Shown here: positions 13,701 to 28,000 of the stretch, in pieces | Layout: each line of letters opens with the position of its first letter | How positions within the stretch are numbered: position 1 is the stretch's first letter | Assembly: GCF_009914755.1 (NCBI RefSeq) | Contig: NC_060939.1 | Source of the DNA: the human T2T-CHM13v2.0 reference genome, Homo sapiens | Direction: 5' to 3' (one strand) | Length of the DNA: 64,000 nt | Notes under the pieces: generated by a model | Told to the model about the DNA's origin: nothing | The model's database searches: none | The model's input: the letters and a program-made list of their open reading frames with translations, nothing else | Position numbers and translations under genes: made by a program

Positions 13701-16700
13701 TATTCCATTACACTCCATTCCATTCTATTACTTTCATTTCCATTCAATTCCATTCCATTTGATTCCATTCCACTCGGTTTCATTCCATTTGAGTCCATTC
13801 CATTCCATTCCATTCCATTCCATTCCATTCCATTCCATTCCATTCCGTTCCATTCCTTTCAGTTCCATTCCATTCTGTTCCATTCCATTCCGTTCCATTC
13901 CATTCTATTCCATTCCATTCCGTTCCATTCCATTCCATTCCATTCCATTCCATTCCATTCCATTCCATTCGGTAACATTCCATATTGTTCCATTCGATTC
14001 CATTTGAATCCATCCATTCCAGTCCATTCCATTCGATTCCATTCCATTCCTTTCAATTCCCTTCCATTCCATTCCATTCCACTTGATTCCTCTCCATTCC
14101 CTTCCACTGCATTTCATTCGATTCCATTCCATTGCATTGCATTCCATTCCTTTGGATTGCATTCCATTCGATTCCATTCCATTCGAATCAATTACATAGC
14201 AATCCATTACAGTCGAGTCTATTCTATTCCGTTCCATTCGATTTCGTTCCAATCCATTCGATTCCATTCCATTCGATTCCATTCCATGCTATTGCATTCC
14301 ATTCGATTAAATTATATTCGAATAAGTTCCATTCAAGACCATTTCTTTTGAGTCCATTCTATTTGAGTCCATTCCCTTTGATTCCATAACATTTGAGTCC
14401 ATTCAATTCCATTCCTTTCGTTTCCATTCCATTTGATGCCATTCCATTCAATTCTATTCTACTCGACTCCAATACATTCAATTCCATTCCATCCGATTCC
14501 ATTACATTCTTTTCATTTCTTATCCATTTCAAGCCATTCCATTCCATTCCATTCCACTCGTTTCCTTTCCATTCGAGTCCATTCCTCTCCAGTCCATTCC
14601 GTTCAATCCATTCCATTCCAGTCCATTCCATTCGAGTCCATTCCCTTCCAGTCCATTCCATTCGAGTCAATTCCATTCCATTCGATGTCTTTCCATAACG
14701 ATCCATTCCATTCTATTCCTTTCGATTCCATTCCATTCTATTTCATTCCATTCGATTCCCTTCCATTGGACTCCTTTCCATTCGAGTGCATTCCATTCCG
14801 TTCCGTTTCTTTCCGTTCTGTACGATTCCTACCGTTCGATTTCATTTTGTTCCAGTCCATTCCTTTCGCGTCCATTCCATTCCATTTCACTCCATTCGAT
14901 TCCATTCCACTCGATTCCACTTCGTTCCATTTCATTGCATTCCGTTCTATTCAACTCTATTGCCTTCCATTCCATTCCATTCGATTACATTCCATGCGAT
15001 TCCATTCGAAATCGAATCAATTACATTGCAATCCATTACTATTGAGTCCGTTTTATTCCAGTCCACTGCATTCTGGTCCATTCCATTTGATTCCATTCCA
15101 TTCTATTCCATTCCATACAGTTGCATTCCATTGGATTCCATTCTATATCAATAAATTCAATTCGAGGCCATTAGTTTTGAGTCCATTCTATATGATTCCA
15201 TTCCATTCAAGTCTATTACATTTGGTTCAATTCCCTTCCATTCCATTCCCTTCCATTCCATTCCATTTGATATCAATCCATTCGATTCCATTCCATTCGA
15301 GCACATTCCATTCGAGTCCATTCCATTCGATGCCATTCCATTTGATTCTATTCCATTAGTCTCCATTCAATTCCATTAATCTCCATTCCATTCCATTCTA
15401 CTCCAACTGATTCCATTCCATTCTATTCCTTTCCATTCCATTTCATTCCATTCCATTCCATTCTATTCCATTCCATTCCATTTCTTTCCATTCCATTCCA
15501 TTCGCTTCCATTCCATTCGTGTCCATTCCACTCCAGTCCATTCCATTCGTGTCCATTCCATTCCAGTCCATTCCATTTGTGTCCACTGCATTCCATTCCA
15601 CTCCATTCCATATTATTCCATTACACTCCATTCCATTCTATTACTTTCATTTCCATTCAATTCCATTCCATTTGATTCCATTCCACTCGGTTTCATTCCA
15701 TTTGAGTCCATTCCATTCCATTCCATTCCATTCCGTTCCATTCCATTCCATTCCGTTCCATTCCTTTCAGTTCCATTCCATTCTGTTCCATTCCATTCCA
15801 TTCCATTCCATTCCATTCCATTCCATTCGGTACCATTCCATATTGTTCCATTCGATTCCATTCGAATCCATTCCATTCCAGTCCATTCCATTCGATTCCA
15901 TTCCATTCCTTTCAATTCCATTCCATTCCATTCCATTCCACTTGATTCCACTCCATTCCCTTCCACTGCATTCCATTCGATTCCATTCCATTGCATTGCA
16001 TTCCATTCCATTGGATTGCATTCCATTAGATTCCATCCCATTCGAATCAATTACCTAGCAATCCATTACATTCTAGTCTATTCTATTCCATTCCATTCGA
16101 TTCCATTCCATACTATTGCATTCCATTCGATTAAATTATGTTCTAATAAGTTCCATTCAAGACCATTTCTTTTGAGTGCATTCTATTTGAGTCCATTTCC
16201 TTTGATTCCATAACATTTGAGTCCATTCAATTCCATTCCTTTCGTTTCCATTCCATTTGATGCCATTCCATTCAATTCTGTTCTACTCGACTCCAATACA
16301 TTCAATTCCATTCCATCCGATTCCATTACATTCTTTTCATTTCTTATCCATTTCAAGCCATTCCATTCCATTCCATTCCACTCGTTAACTTTCCATTCGA
16401 GTCCAATCCTCTCCAGTCCATTCCGTTCAATCCATTCCATTCCAGTCCATTCCATTCGAGTCCGTTCCATTCCAGTCCATTCCATTCGAGTCAATTCCAT
16501 TCCATTCGATGTCTTTCCATAACGATCCATTCCATTCTATTCCTTTCGATTCCATTCCATTCTATTTCATTCCATTCGATTCCCTTCCATTGGACTCCTT
16601 TCCATTCGAGTGCATTCCATTCCGTTCCATTTCTTTCCGTTCTGTACGATTCCTACCGTTCGATTTCATTTTGTTCCAGTCCATTCCTTTCGCGTCCATT

Positions 16701-18400
16701 CCATTCCATTTCACTCCATTCGATTCCATTCCACTCGATTCCACTTCGTTCCATTTCATTGCATTCCATTCTATTCAACTCTATTGCCTTCCATTCCATT
16801 CCATTCGATTACATTCCATGCGATTCCATTCGAAATCAAATCAATGACATTGCAATCCATTACTATTGAGTCCGTTTTATTCCAGTCCACTGCATTCTGG
16901 TCCATTCCATTTGATTCCATTCCATTCTATTCCATTCCATACAGTTGCATTCTATTGGATTCCATTCTATATCTATAAATTCAATTCGAGACCATTGCTT
17001 TTGAGTCCATTCTATATGATTCCATTGCATTCAAGTCCATTACATTTGGTTCAATTCCATTCCATTCCATTCCATTCCCTTCCATTCCATTTGATATCAA
17101 TCCATTTGATTCCATTCCATTCGAGCACATTCAATTCGAGTCCATTCCATTCGAGTCCATTCCATTCGATGCCATTCCATTTGATTCTATTCCATTAATC
17201 TCCATTCAATTCCATTAATCTCCATTCCATTCCATTCTACTCCAACTGATTCCATTCCATTCTATTCCTTTCCATTCCATTTCATTCCATTCCATTCCAT
17301 TTCATTCCATTCCATTCCATTCGCTTCCATTCCATTCGTGTCCATTCCACTCCTTTCCATTCCATTCGTGTCCATTCCATTCCAGTCCATTCCATTTGTG
17401 TCCACTGCCATCCATTCCACTCCATTCCATATTATTCCATTACACTCCATTCCATTCTATTACTTTCATTTCCTTTCAATTCCATTTCATTTGATTCCAT
17501 TCCACTCGGTTTCATTCCATTTGAGTCCACTCCATTCCATTCCATTCAGTTCCATTCCATTCTGTTCCATTCCAATCCGTTCCATTGCATTCCATTCCAT
17601 TCGGTACCATTCCATATTGTTCCATTCGATTCCATTCGAATCCATTCCATTCCATTCCATGCTATTCGATTCCATTCCATTCCTTTCAATTCCATTCCAT
17701 TCAATTCCATTCCATTCCATTCAGTTCCATTCCATTCTGTTCCATTCCATTCAGTTCCATTCCATTCCGTTCCATTCCATTCAGTTCCATTCCATTCTGT
17801 TCCATTCCATTCCATTCAGTACCATTCCATATTGTTCCATTCGATTCCATTCGAATCCATTCCATTCCAGTCCATTCCATTCGATTCCATTCCATTCCTT
17901 TCAATTCCATTCCATTCCATTCCATTCCACTTCATTCCACTCCATTCCCTTCCACTGCATTCCATTCGATTCCATTCCATTGCATTGCATTCCATTCCAT
18001 TGGATTGCATTCCATTTGATTCCATTCCATTCGAATCAATTACATAGGAATCCATTACATTCGAGTCTATTCTATTCCATTCCATTCGATTTTGTTCCAA
18101 TCCATTCGATTCCATTCCATTCCATACTATTGCATTCCATTCGATTAAATTATATTCGAATAAGTTCCATTCAAGGCCATTTCTTTTGAGTCCATTCTCT
18201 TTGAGTCCATTCCCTTTGATTCCATAACATTTGAATCCATTCTATTCCATTCCTTTCGTTTCCATTCCATTTGATGCCATTCCATTCAATTCTGTTCTAC
18301 TCGACTCCAATACATTCAACTCCATTCCATTCGATTCCATTACATTCTTTTCATTTCTTATCCATTTCAAGCCATTCCATTCCATTCCATTCCAATCGTT
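10742..18400 (+). repeat. Four tandem copies of a ~1.8-2.0 kb sub-HOR segment (starts 10742, 12630, 14563, 16387; lengths 1888, 1933, 1824, 2014 bp)
   Basis: The segment corresponds to unit-1 1136-2949. Markers such as CATAACGATCC, TATATCWATAAA and TATCCATTTCAAGCC occur four times between 10742 and 18400. Confidence 0.9.
17540..17910 (+). repeat. ~215 bp internal duplication in sub-repeat 4
   Basis: GTACCATTCCATATTGTTCCATTCGATTCCATTCGAATCC occurs at 17604 and 17819; the equivalent site occurs once in other copies. Confidence 0.8.
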
Positions 18401-20264
18401 TCCTTTCCATTCGAGTCCATTCCACTCCAGTACATTCCATTCGAATACATTTCACTCCAGTCCATTCCATTCGAATTCATTTCACCACAGTCCATTAAAT
18501 TCGAGTACATTCCATTCCATTCTATTCAATGCCATTCCATTCGATTCTATTCCATTCGACACCATTCCTTTCCATTCCGTTCCATCCGATTCCATTCCAT
18601 TGTGTTCCATTCAATTCCATTCCATTGCATTCCATTCCATTCCATTCGTTTCCATTCCATTCTAATTCATTCCACTCAAGTCCATTCCATTCGAGTCCAT
18701 TCCATTCCAGTCCATTCCAATAGAGTCCATTGCTTTCCATTCCATTCGATATCTTCCCATTACAGTCCATTCCATTCTATTCCTTTGGTTCCCATTCAAT
18801 TCAATTCCATTTGATTACATTTCATTCGATTCCATTCCATTCGACTCCATTCCATTCGAGTCCATTCCTTTCCAGTCCATTCCATTCGATTCCATTCCAT
18901 TCGATTCCATTCCACTCATTTCCACTCCGTTGCATTCCATTGCATTCCATTCTATTCCATTCCATTGCATTCCATTCCATTCGATTCCATTCCATTCGTA
19001 TCAATTACATTGCAATGCATTACGTTCATGCCCTTTCTATTTAAGTCCAATCCATTATGGTCCAATCCATTCAATTCCATTCTATTCCATTCCATTCGAA
19101 TCAATTACATTGCAATCCATCACATTCGAGTACATTCTGTTCCAGTCCATTCAATTCTGGTCTATTCCATTCAATTCCATTCCCTTTGATTCCTTTCCAT
19201 TCTTTTACATTCCATTGGATTTCATCTTATTGAAATAAGTTCTATTCGAGACCATTTCTTCGAGTCCAATCAATTTGAGTCCATTCCATTCGAGTCCATT
19301 ACATCTGGGTCTATTCCATTCCATCCCATTCCATTCGATGCCATTCAATTTGATTCTTTTCCATTCGGCTCCATTCCTTTCCATTCAGTTCCATCGGATT
19401 CCATTCCATTCTATTCCTTTCCATTTCATTGCATTCCATTCCATTCCACTGGAGACCATTCCACTTCAGTGCATTCCATTCCAGTGTATTCCATTCCATT
19501 CCATTCCATTCCATTCGATATCTTTCCATTACACTCCATTCCATTGTTTTCCTTTACAGTCCATTCAATTCCATTCTATTCGATTCCATTCAATTCAATT
19601 CCATTACATTCGACTCCGTTTCATTCGAGTCCATTGCAATACAATTCATTCCATTTCTTTGTGTTCTATTCCATTCCGTTCGATTCCATTTTGTTCCAGT
19701 CCATTCCATTCGAGTCCATTGCATTCCAGTGCAATTCATTTGATTCCAATCCATTCGATTCCATTCCATTCAATTCCACTCCGTTCCATTCCTTTGCGTT
19801 CCTTTCTATTCCATTCCATTGCATTCCATTCCATTCCATTCCATTCCATTCCATTCCATTTGTTTACATTCCATTGAATTCCAATCCAGTTGAATCAATT
19901 ACATTGTAGCCCATTACATTCGAGTCTGTTCTATCCCAGTTCATTCGATTCTGGTGCATTCCATTCGATTCCATTCCATTCGATACGATTCCATACTATT
20001 ACATTCAATTCGATTCCATTGTTTTCGAATAAATTCCAATCGAGACCATTCCTTTCGTGTCCATTCTATTTGACTCCATTCCATTTGAGTCCATTAAATT
20101 TGTGAACATTCCATTCCTTTCCATTCCATTCCATTCCATTCCATTCCATTCGGTGCCATTCCATTCCACTCTATTCCATTCAAGTCCGTTCCATTTGAGT
20201 CCATTCCATTCCATTCGATGCCATTACATCCAATTCTATTCCATTCGATTCCATTCAATTCCAT

Positions 20265-23200
20265 TCCCTTCCAAATGATTCCATTCCATTCTATTACTTT
20301 CTATTGCAATCCATTCCATTCCGTTCCATTCGTTTCCATTCCATTCGAGTCCACTCCACTCCAGTCCATTCCATTCCAGTCCATTCCATTCAAGTCCATT
20401 CCACTCCATTCCATTCCATTCGATATATTTCAATAACACCCCATTCCATTCTGTTCCATTCGATTACATTCCATTCGACTCCATTCCATTCGACTCTATT
20501 CCATTTAAGTCCATTCCATTCCATTCCATTGCATTCCGTTCGAATCCCTATTCCATTGCATTTTGTTCCAGTCCATTCCATTTGAGTCCATTCCATGCCA
20601 ATCCATTCCATTCGATTCCATTCCAATCGATTCCATTGCACTCGAATCCAGTGCGTTCCACTCCATTGCTCTCCATTCTATTACATTCCTTTGCATTACA
20701 TTCCATTCCATTTGATTACATTCCATTCGATTGCATTAATTTCGAATCAATTACATTGCAATCCATTGCATTCGAGTTCTATTCCAGTCCATTCCAATCC
20801 GGCCCATTCCGTTCCATTCCATTGAATTCGATTCCATTCCATTCGAATCGATTGCATTGCAATGCTTTACGTGCGAGTCCGTTTTATTCCAGTCCAATCC
20901 ATTCCGGTGTATTCCGTTCGATTCCATTCCATTCGATGCCACTCCATACTATTCTAATTCATTCGATAACATTCTATTCAAATAAATTCCATTCGAGACC
21001 ATTCCTATCGAGTCCATTCTATTTGAGTCCATTCCATTCGAGTCCATTACATTTGGGTCCATTCCATTCAATTCCATTGCAATCCATTCCATTCGATGTC
21101 ACTCCATTCATTTCTATTCCATTAGAGCCCATGTCATTCGATTCCATTCCATTCTATTCCATTCCATTCCACTCCCTTCCATTCATTGCCGTTCCATTCA
21201 ATTCTATTATATTCCACTCCATTTAATTCCATTCCATTCCATTCCATTCTATCCCATTCCATTCCATTCTATTCCTTTAAAGTCCATTCCATTCCATTCC
21301 ATTCGTTTCCACTCCATTCGAATAAAGTCCACTCCAGACCTTTCCATTTGAGTCCATTCCTCTCCAGTCCATTCCGTTCAATCCATTCCATTCCAGTCCA
21401 TTCCATTCGAGTCTGTTCCATTCCAGTCCATTCCATTCGAGTCAATTCCATTCCATTCGATGTCTTTCCATAACGATCCATTCCATTCTATTCCTTTCGA
21501 TTCCATTCCATTCTATTTCATTCCATTCGATTCCCTTCCATTGGACTCCTTTCCATTCGAGTGCATTCCATTCCGTTCCATTTCTTTCCGTTCTGTACGA
21601 TTCCTACCGTTCGATTTCATTTTGTTCCAGTCCATTCCTTTCGCGTCCATTCCATTCCATTTCGCTCCATTCGATTCCATTCCATTCAAATCCATTCCAC
21701 TCGATTCCACTTCGTTCCAATTCATTACATTCCATTCTATTCAACTCTATTGCCTTCCATTCCATTCCATTCTATTACATTCCATGCGATTCCATTCGAA
21801 ATCGAATCAATTACATTGCAATCCATTACTATTGAGTCCGTTTTATTCCAGTCCACTGCATTCTGGTCCATTCCATTTGATTCCATTCCATTCTATTCCA
21901 TTCCGTACAGTTGCATTCCATTGGATTCCATTCTATATCTATAAATTCAATTCGAGACCATTGCTTTTGAGTCCATTCTATATGATTCCATTCCATTCAA
22001 GTCCATTACATTTGGTTCAATTCCATTCCATTGCATTCCCTTCCATTCCATTTCATTTGATATCAATCCATTCGATTCCATTCCATTCGAGCACATTCCA
22101 TTCGAGTCCATTCCATTCGATGCCATTCCATTTGATTCTATTCCATTAGTCTCCATTCAATTCCGTTTATCTCCATTCCATTCCATTCTACTCCAACTGA
22201 TTCCATTCCATTCTATTCCTTTCCATTCCTTTTCATTCCATTCCATTCCATTTCATTCCATTCCATTCCATTCGCTTCCATTCCATTCGTGTCCATTCCA
22301 CTCCAGTCCATTCCATTCGTGTCCATTCCATTCCAGTCCATTCCATTTGTGTCCACTGCATTCCATTCCACTCCATTCCATATTATTCCATTACACTCCA
22401 TTCCATTCTATTACTTTCATTTCCATTCAATTCCATTCCATTTGATTCCATTCCACTCGGTTTCATTCCATTTGAGTCCATTCCATTCCATTCCATTCCA
22501 TTCCATTCCATTCAGTTCCATTCCATTCTCTTCCATTCCATTCCATTCCATTCCATTCCATTGCATTCGGTACCATTCCATATTGTTCCATTCGATTCCA
22601 TTCGAATCCATTCCATTCCAGTCCATTCCATTCGATTCCATTCCATTCCTTTCAATTCCATTCCATTCCATTCCATTCCATTCCACTTGATTCCACTCCA
22701 TTCCCTTCCACTGCATTCCATTCGATTCCATTCCATTGCAATGTATTCCATTCCATTGGATTGCATTACATTCGATTCCATTCCATTTGAATCAATTACA
22801 TAGCAATCCATTGCATTCGAGTCTAATCTATTCCATTCCATTCGATTTCGTTCTAATCCATTCGATTCCATTCCATTCGATTCCATTCCATACTATTGCA
22901 TTCCATTCGATTAAATTATATTCGAATAAGTTCCATTCAAGACCATTTCTTTTGAGTCCATTCTATTTGAGTCCATTCCCTTTGATTCCATAACATTGGA
23001 TTCCATTCGATTCCATTCCTTTCGTTTCCATTCTATTTGATGCCATTCCATTCAATTCTGTTCTACTCGACTCCAATACATTCAATTCCATTCCATCCGA
23101 TTCCATTACATTCTTTTCATTTCTTATCCATTTCAAGCCATTCCATTCCATTCCATTCCACTCGTTTCCTTTCCATTCGAGTCCATTCCACTCCACTGCA

Positions 23201-25058
23201 TTCCATTCGAATACATTTCACTCCATTCCATTCCATTCGAATCCATTTCACTCCAGTCCATTAAATTCGAGTACATTCCATTCCATTCTATTCAATGCCC
23301 TTCCATTCGATTCTATTCCATTTGACATCATTCCTTTCCATTCCGTTCCATCCGATTCCATTCCATTGTATTCCATTCAATTCCATTCCATTGCATTGCA
23401 TTCCATTCCATTCGTTTCCATTCCATTCGAATTCATTCCACTCAAGTCCATTCCATTCGAGTCCATTCCATTCCAGTCCATTCCAATAGATTCCATTGCT
23501 TTCCATTCCATTCGATATCTTCCCATTACAGTCCATTCCATTCTATTCCTTTGGTTCCCATTCAATTCAATTCCATTTGATTACATTTCTTTCATTCGAT
23601 TCCATTCCATTCGACTCCATTCCATTCGAGTCCATTGCATTCCAGTCCATTCCATTCGTTTCCATTCCATTCGATTCCATTCCACTGATTTCCACGCCGT
23701 TGCATTCCATTGCATTCCATTCTATTCCATTCCGTTGCATTCCATTCCATTCCATTGGATTACATTCCATTCGATTCCATTCCATTCGAATCAATTACAT
23801 TGCAATGCATTACATTCATGCCCTTTCTATTAAAGTCCAATGCATTATGGTCCATTCCATTCAATTCCATTCTATTCCATTCCATTCGAATCAATTACAT
23901 TGCAATCCATCACATTCGAGTACGTTCTGTTCCAGTCCATTCAATTCTGGTCTATTCCATTCAATTCCATTCCCTTTGATTCCATTCCATTCTTGTACAT
24001 TCCATTGGATTCCATCTTATTGAAATAAGTTCTATTCGAAACCATTTCTTCGAGTCCAATCAATTTGAGTCCATTCCATTCGAGTCCATTACATCTGGGT
24101 CTATTCCATTCCATCCCATTCCATTCGATGCCATTCAATTTGATTCTTTTCCATTCGGCTCCATTCCTTTCCATTCAGTTCCATCGGATTCCATTCAATT
24201 CTATTCCTTTCCATTTCATTGCATTCCATTCCATTCCACTGGAGACCATTCCACTTCAGTGCATTCCATTCCAGTGTATTCCATTCCATTCCATTCCATT
24301 CCATTCGATATCTTTCCATTACACTCCATTCCTTGTATTCCTTTAAAGTCCATTCAATTCCATTCTATTCGATTCCATTCAATTCAATTCCATTACATTC
24401 GACTCCATTTCATTCAAATCCATTGCAATCCATTCCATTCCATTTCTTTATGTTCTATTCCATTCCGTTCGATTCCATTTTGTTCCAGTCCATTCCATTC
24501 GAGTCCATTGCATTCCAGTGAAATTCATTTGATTCCACTCCATTCGATTCCATTCCACTCAATTCCACTCCGTTCCATTCCTTTGCGTTCCTTTCTATTC
24601 CATTCCATTGCATTCCATTCCATTCCATTCCATTCCATTTGCTTACATTCCATTGAATTCCAATCCAGTTGAATCAATTACATTGCAGTCCATTACATTC
24701 GAGTCTGTTCTATCCCAGTTCATTCGATTCTGGTTCATTCCATTCGATTCCTTTCCATTCGATACCATTCCATACTATTGCATTCCATTTGATTCCATTG
24801 TTTTCGAATAAATTCCAATCGAGACCATTCCTTTCGTGTCCATTCTATTTGACTCCATTCCATTTGAGTCCAATAAATTTGTGAACATTCCATTCCTTTC
24901 CATTCCATTCCATTCCATTCCATTCGGTGCCATTCCATTCCACCCTGTTCCATTCAAGTCCATTCCATTTGAGGCCATTCCATTCCATTCAAGTCCATTC
25001 CATTCCATTCAATGCCATTACATTGAATTCTATTCCATTCGACTCCATTCCATTCCAT
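20265..25058 (+). repeat. HOR unit 4 (4794 bp, more diverged from units 1-2)
   Basis: Collinear with unit 1 but with more substitutions, and lacks 40 bp (unit-1 194-233) near 20457. Confidence 0.88.
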
Positions 25059-28000
25059 TCCCTTCCAAACGATTCCATTCCATTCTATTACTTTCTATTC
25101 CAATCCATTCCATTCCGTTCCATTCGTTTCCATTCCATTCGAGTCCACTCCAGTCCAGTTCATTCCATTCCAGTCCATACCATTCAAGTCCATTCCACTC
25201 CATTCCATTCCATTCGATATCTTTCAATAACACCCCATTCCATTCTGTTCCTTACAATTCAATTCAATTCCATTCCATTTGATTCCATTCCATTCGATTA
25301 CATTCCATTCGACTCCATTCCATTCGACTCTATTCCATTCAAGTCCATTCCATTACATTCCATTCCATTGCATTCCGTTCGAATCCCTATTCCATTCCAT
25401 TTTGTAACAGTGCATTCCACTTGAGTCCATTCCATGCCAATCCATTCCATTCGATTCCATTCCAATCAATTCCATTGCACTCGAATCCAGTGTCTTCCAT
25501 TCCATTGCTTTCCGTTCTATTACATTCCATTGCATTCCATTCCATTCCATTTGATTACATTCCATTCGATTCCATTAATTTCGAATCAATTACATTGCAA
25601 TCCATTGCTTTCGAGTTCTATTCCAGTCCATTCCAATCCGGCCCATTCCGTTCCGTTCCATTCCATTCGATTCCATTCCATTTGAATTGATTGCATTGCA
25701 ATGCTTTATATTCGAGTCCGTTTTATTCCAGTCCAATCCATTCCGGTCCATTCCGTTCGATTCCATTCCATTCGATGCCACTCCATACTATTGTATTTCA
25801 TTCGATTCCATTCTATTCAAATAAATTCCATTCGAGACCATTCCTTTCGAGTCCATTCTATGTGAGTCCATTCCATTCGAGTCCATTCTATTTGGGTCCA
25901 TTCCATTCAATTCCATTGCAATCCATTCCATTCGATGTCACTCCATTCATTTCTATTCCATTAGAGTCCATGTCTTTCGAGTCCATGCCATTTTATTGCA
26001 TTCCACTCCATTCCATTCCATTCCACTCCATTGCATTCGTTGCCGTTCCATTCAATTCTATTATATTCCACTCCATTTAAATCCATTCCATTCCATTCCA
26101 TTCCATTCCATTCTATCCAATTCCGTTCCATTCTATTCCTTTAAAGTCCATTCTATTCCATTCCATTCATTTCCATTCCATTCGAGTAAAGTCCACTCCA
26201 GTCCTTTCCATTCCAGTCCATCCCTCTCCAGTCCATTCCGTTCAATCCATTCCATTCCAGTCCATTCCATTCGAGTCCGTTCCATTCCAATCCATTCCAT
26301 TCGAGTCAATTCCATTCCACTCGATATCTTTCCATAACGATCCATTCCATTCTATTCCTTTCGATTCCATTCAATTCCATTCCATTCTATTTCATTCCAT
26401 TCGATTCCCTTCCATTGGACTCCTTTCCATTCGAGTGAATTGCATTCCGTTCCATTTCTTTCCGTTCTGAACGATTCCTACTGTTCTATTTCATTTTGTT
26501 CCAGTCCATTCCTTTCGCGTCCATTCCATTCCATTTCACTCCATTCGACTCGATTCCATTCCATTCCATTCCACTCGATTCCACTTCGTTCCATTTCATT
26601 GCATTCCATGCTATTCAATTCTATTGCATTCCATTCCATTGCATTCGATTACATTCCATGCGATTCCATTCGAAATCGAATGAATTACATTGCAATCCAT
26701 TACTATTGAGTCCGTTTTATTCCAGTCCACTGCATTCTGGTCCATTCCATTTGATTCCATTCCATTCTATTCCATTCCATACAGTTGCATTCCATTGGAT
26801 TCCATTCTATATCTATAAACTAATTCGAGACCATTGCTTTTGAGTCCATTCTATATGATTCCATTCCATTCAAGTCCATTACATTTGGTTCAATTCCATT
26901 CCATTCCATTCCCTTCCATTCCATTCCATTTGATATCAATCCATTCGATTCCATTCCATTCGAGCACATTCCTTTCGAGTCCATTCCATTCGATGCCATT
27001 CCATTTGATTCTATTCCATTAGTCTCCATTCAATTCCATTAATCTCCATTCCATTCCATTCTATTCCAACTGATTCCATTCCATTCTATTCCTTTCCATT
27101 CCATTTCATTCCATTCCATTCCATTTCATTCCATTCCATTCCATTCGCTTCCATTCCATTCGTGTCCATTCCACTCCAGTCCTTTCCATTCGTGTCCATT
27201 CCATTCCAGTCCATTTCATTTGTGTCCACTGCATTCCATTCCACTCCATTCCATATTATTCCATTACACTCCATTCCATTCTATTACTTTCATTTCCATT
27301 CAATTCCATTCCATTTGATTCCATTCCACTCGGTTTCATTCCATTTGAGTCCATTCCATTTGAGTCCATTTCATTCCGTTCCATTCCATTCAGTTCCATT
27401 CCATTCTGTTCCATTCCATTCCATTCCATTCCATTCCATTCCATTCCATTCGGTACCATTCCATATTGTTCCATTCGATTCCATTCGAATCCAGTCCATT
27501 CCAGTCCATTCCATTCGATTCCATTCCATTCCTTTCAATTCCATTCCATTCCATTCCATTCCACTTGATTCCACTCCATTCCCTTCCACTGCATTCCATT
27601 CGATTCCATTCCATTGCATTGCATTCCATTCCATTGGATTGCATTCCATTCGATTCCATTCCATTCGAATCAATTACATAGCAATCCATTACATTCGAGT
27701 CTATTCTATTCCGTTCCATTCGATTTCGTTCCAATCCATTCGATTCCATTCCATTCGATTCCATTCCATACTATTGCATTCCATTCGATTACATTATATT
27801 CGAATAAGTTCCATTCAAGGCCATTTCTTTTGAGTCCATTCTATTTGAGTCCATTCCCTTTGATTCCATAACATTTGAGTCCATTCAATTCCATTCCTTT
27901 CGTTTCCATTCCATTTGATGCCATTCCATTCAATTCTGTTCTACTCGACTCCAATACATTCAATTCCATTCCATCCGATTCCATTACATTCTTTTCATTT

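Larger units (their letters stand above)
9607..20264 (+). repeat. HOR unit 3, expanded to ~10.66 kb by four tandem copies of an internal segment
   Basis: Follows unit 1 to ~12650, jumps back three times to the equivalent of unit-1 position ~1136, then resumes the normal continuation (CGAATACATTTCAC) after 18401. Confidence 0.9.

Noticed and set aside
15829-17608. KpnI sites 1774 bp apart suggesting the D15Z1 1.8 kb KpnI repeat
   Set aside because: Only one such interval exists, within a local four-copy amplification, and the dominant period is 4.8 kb. A size coincidence is not enough.
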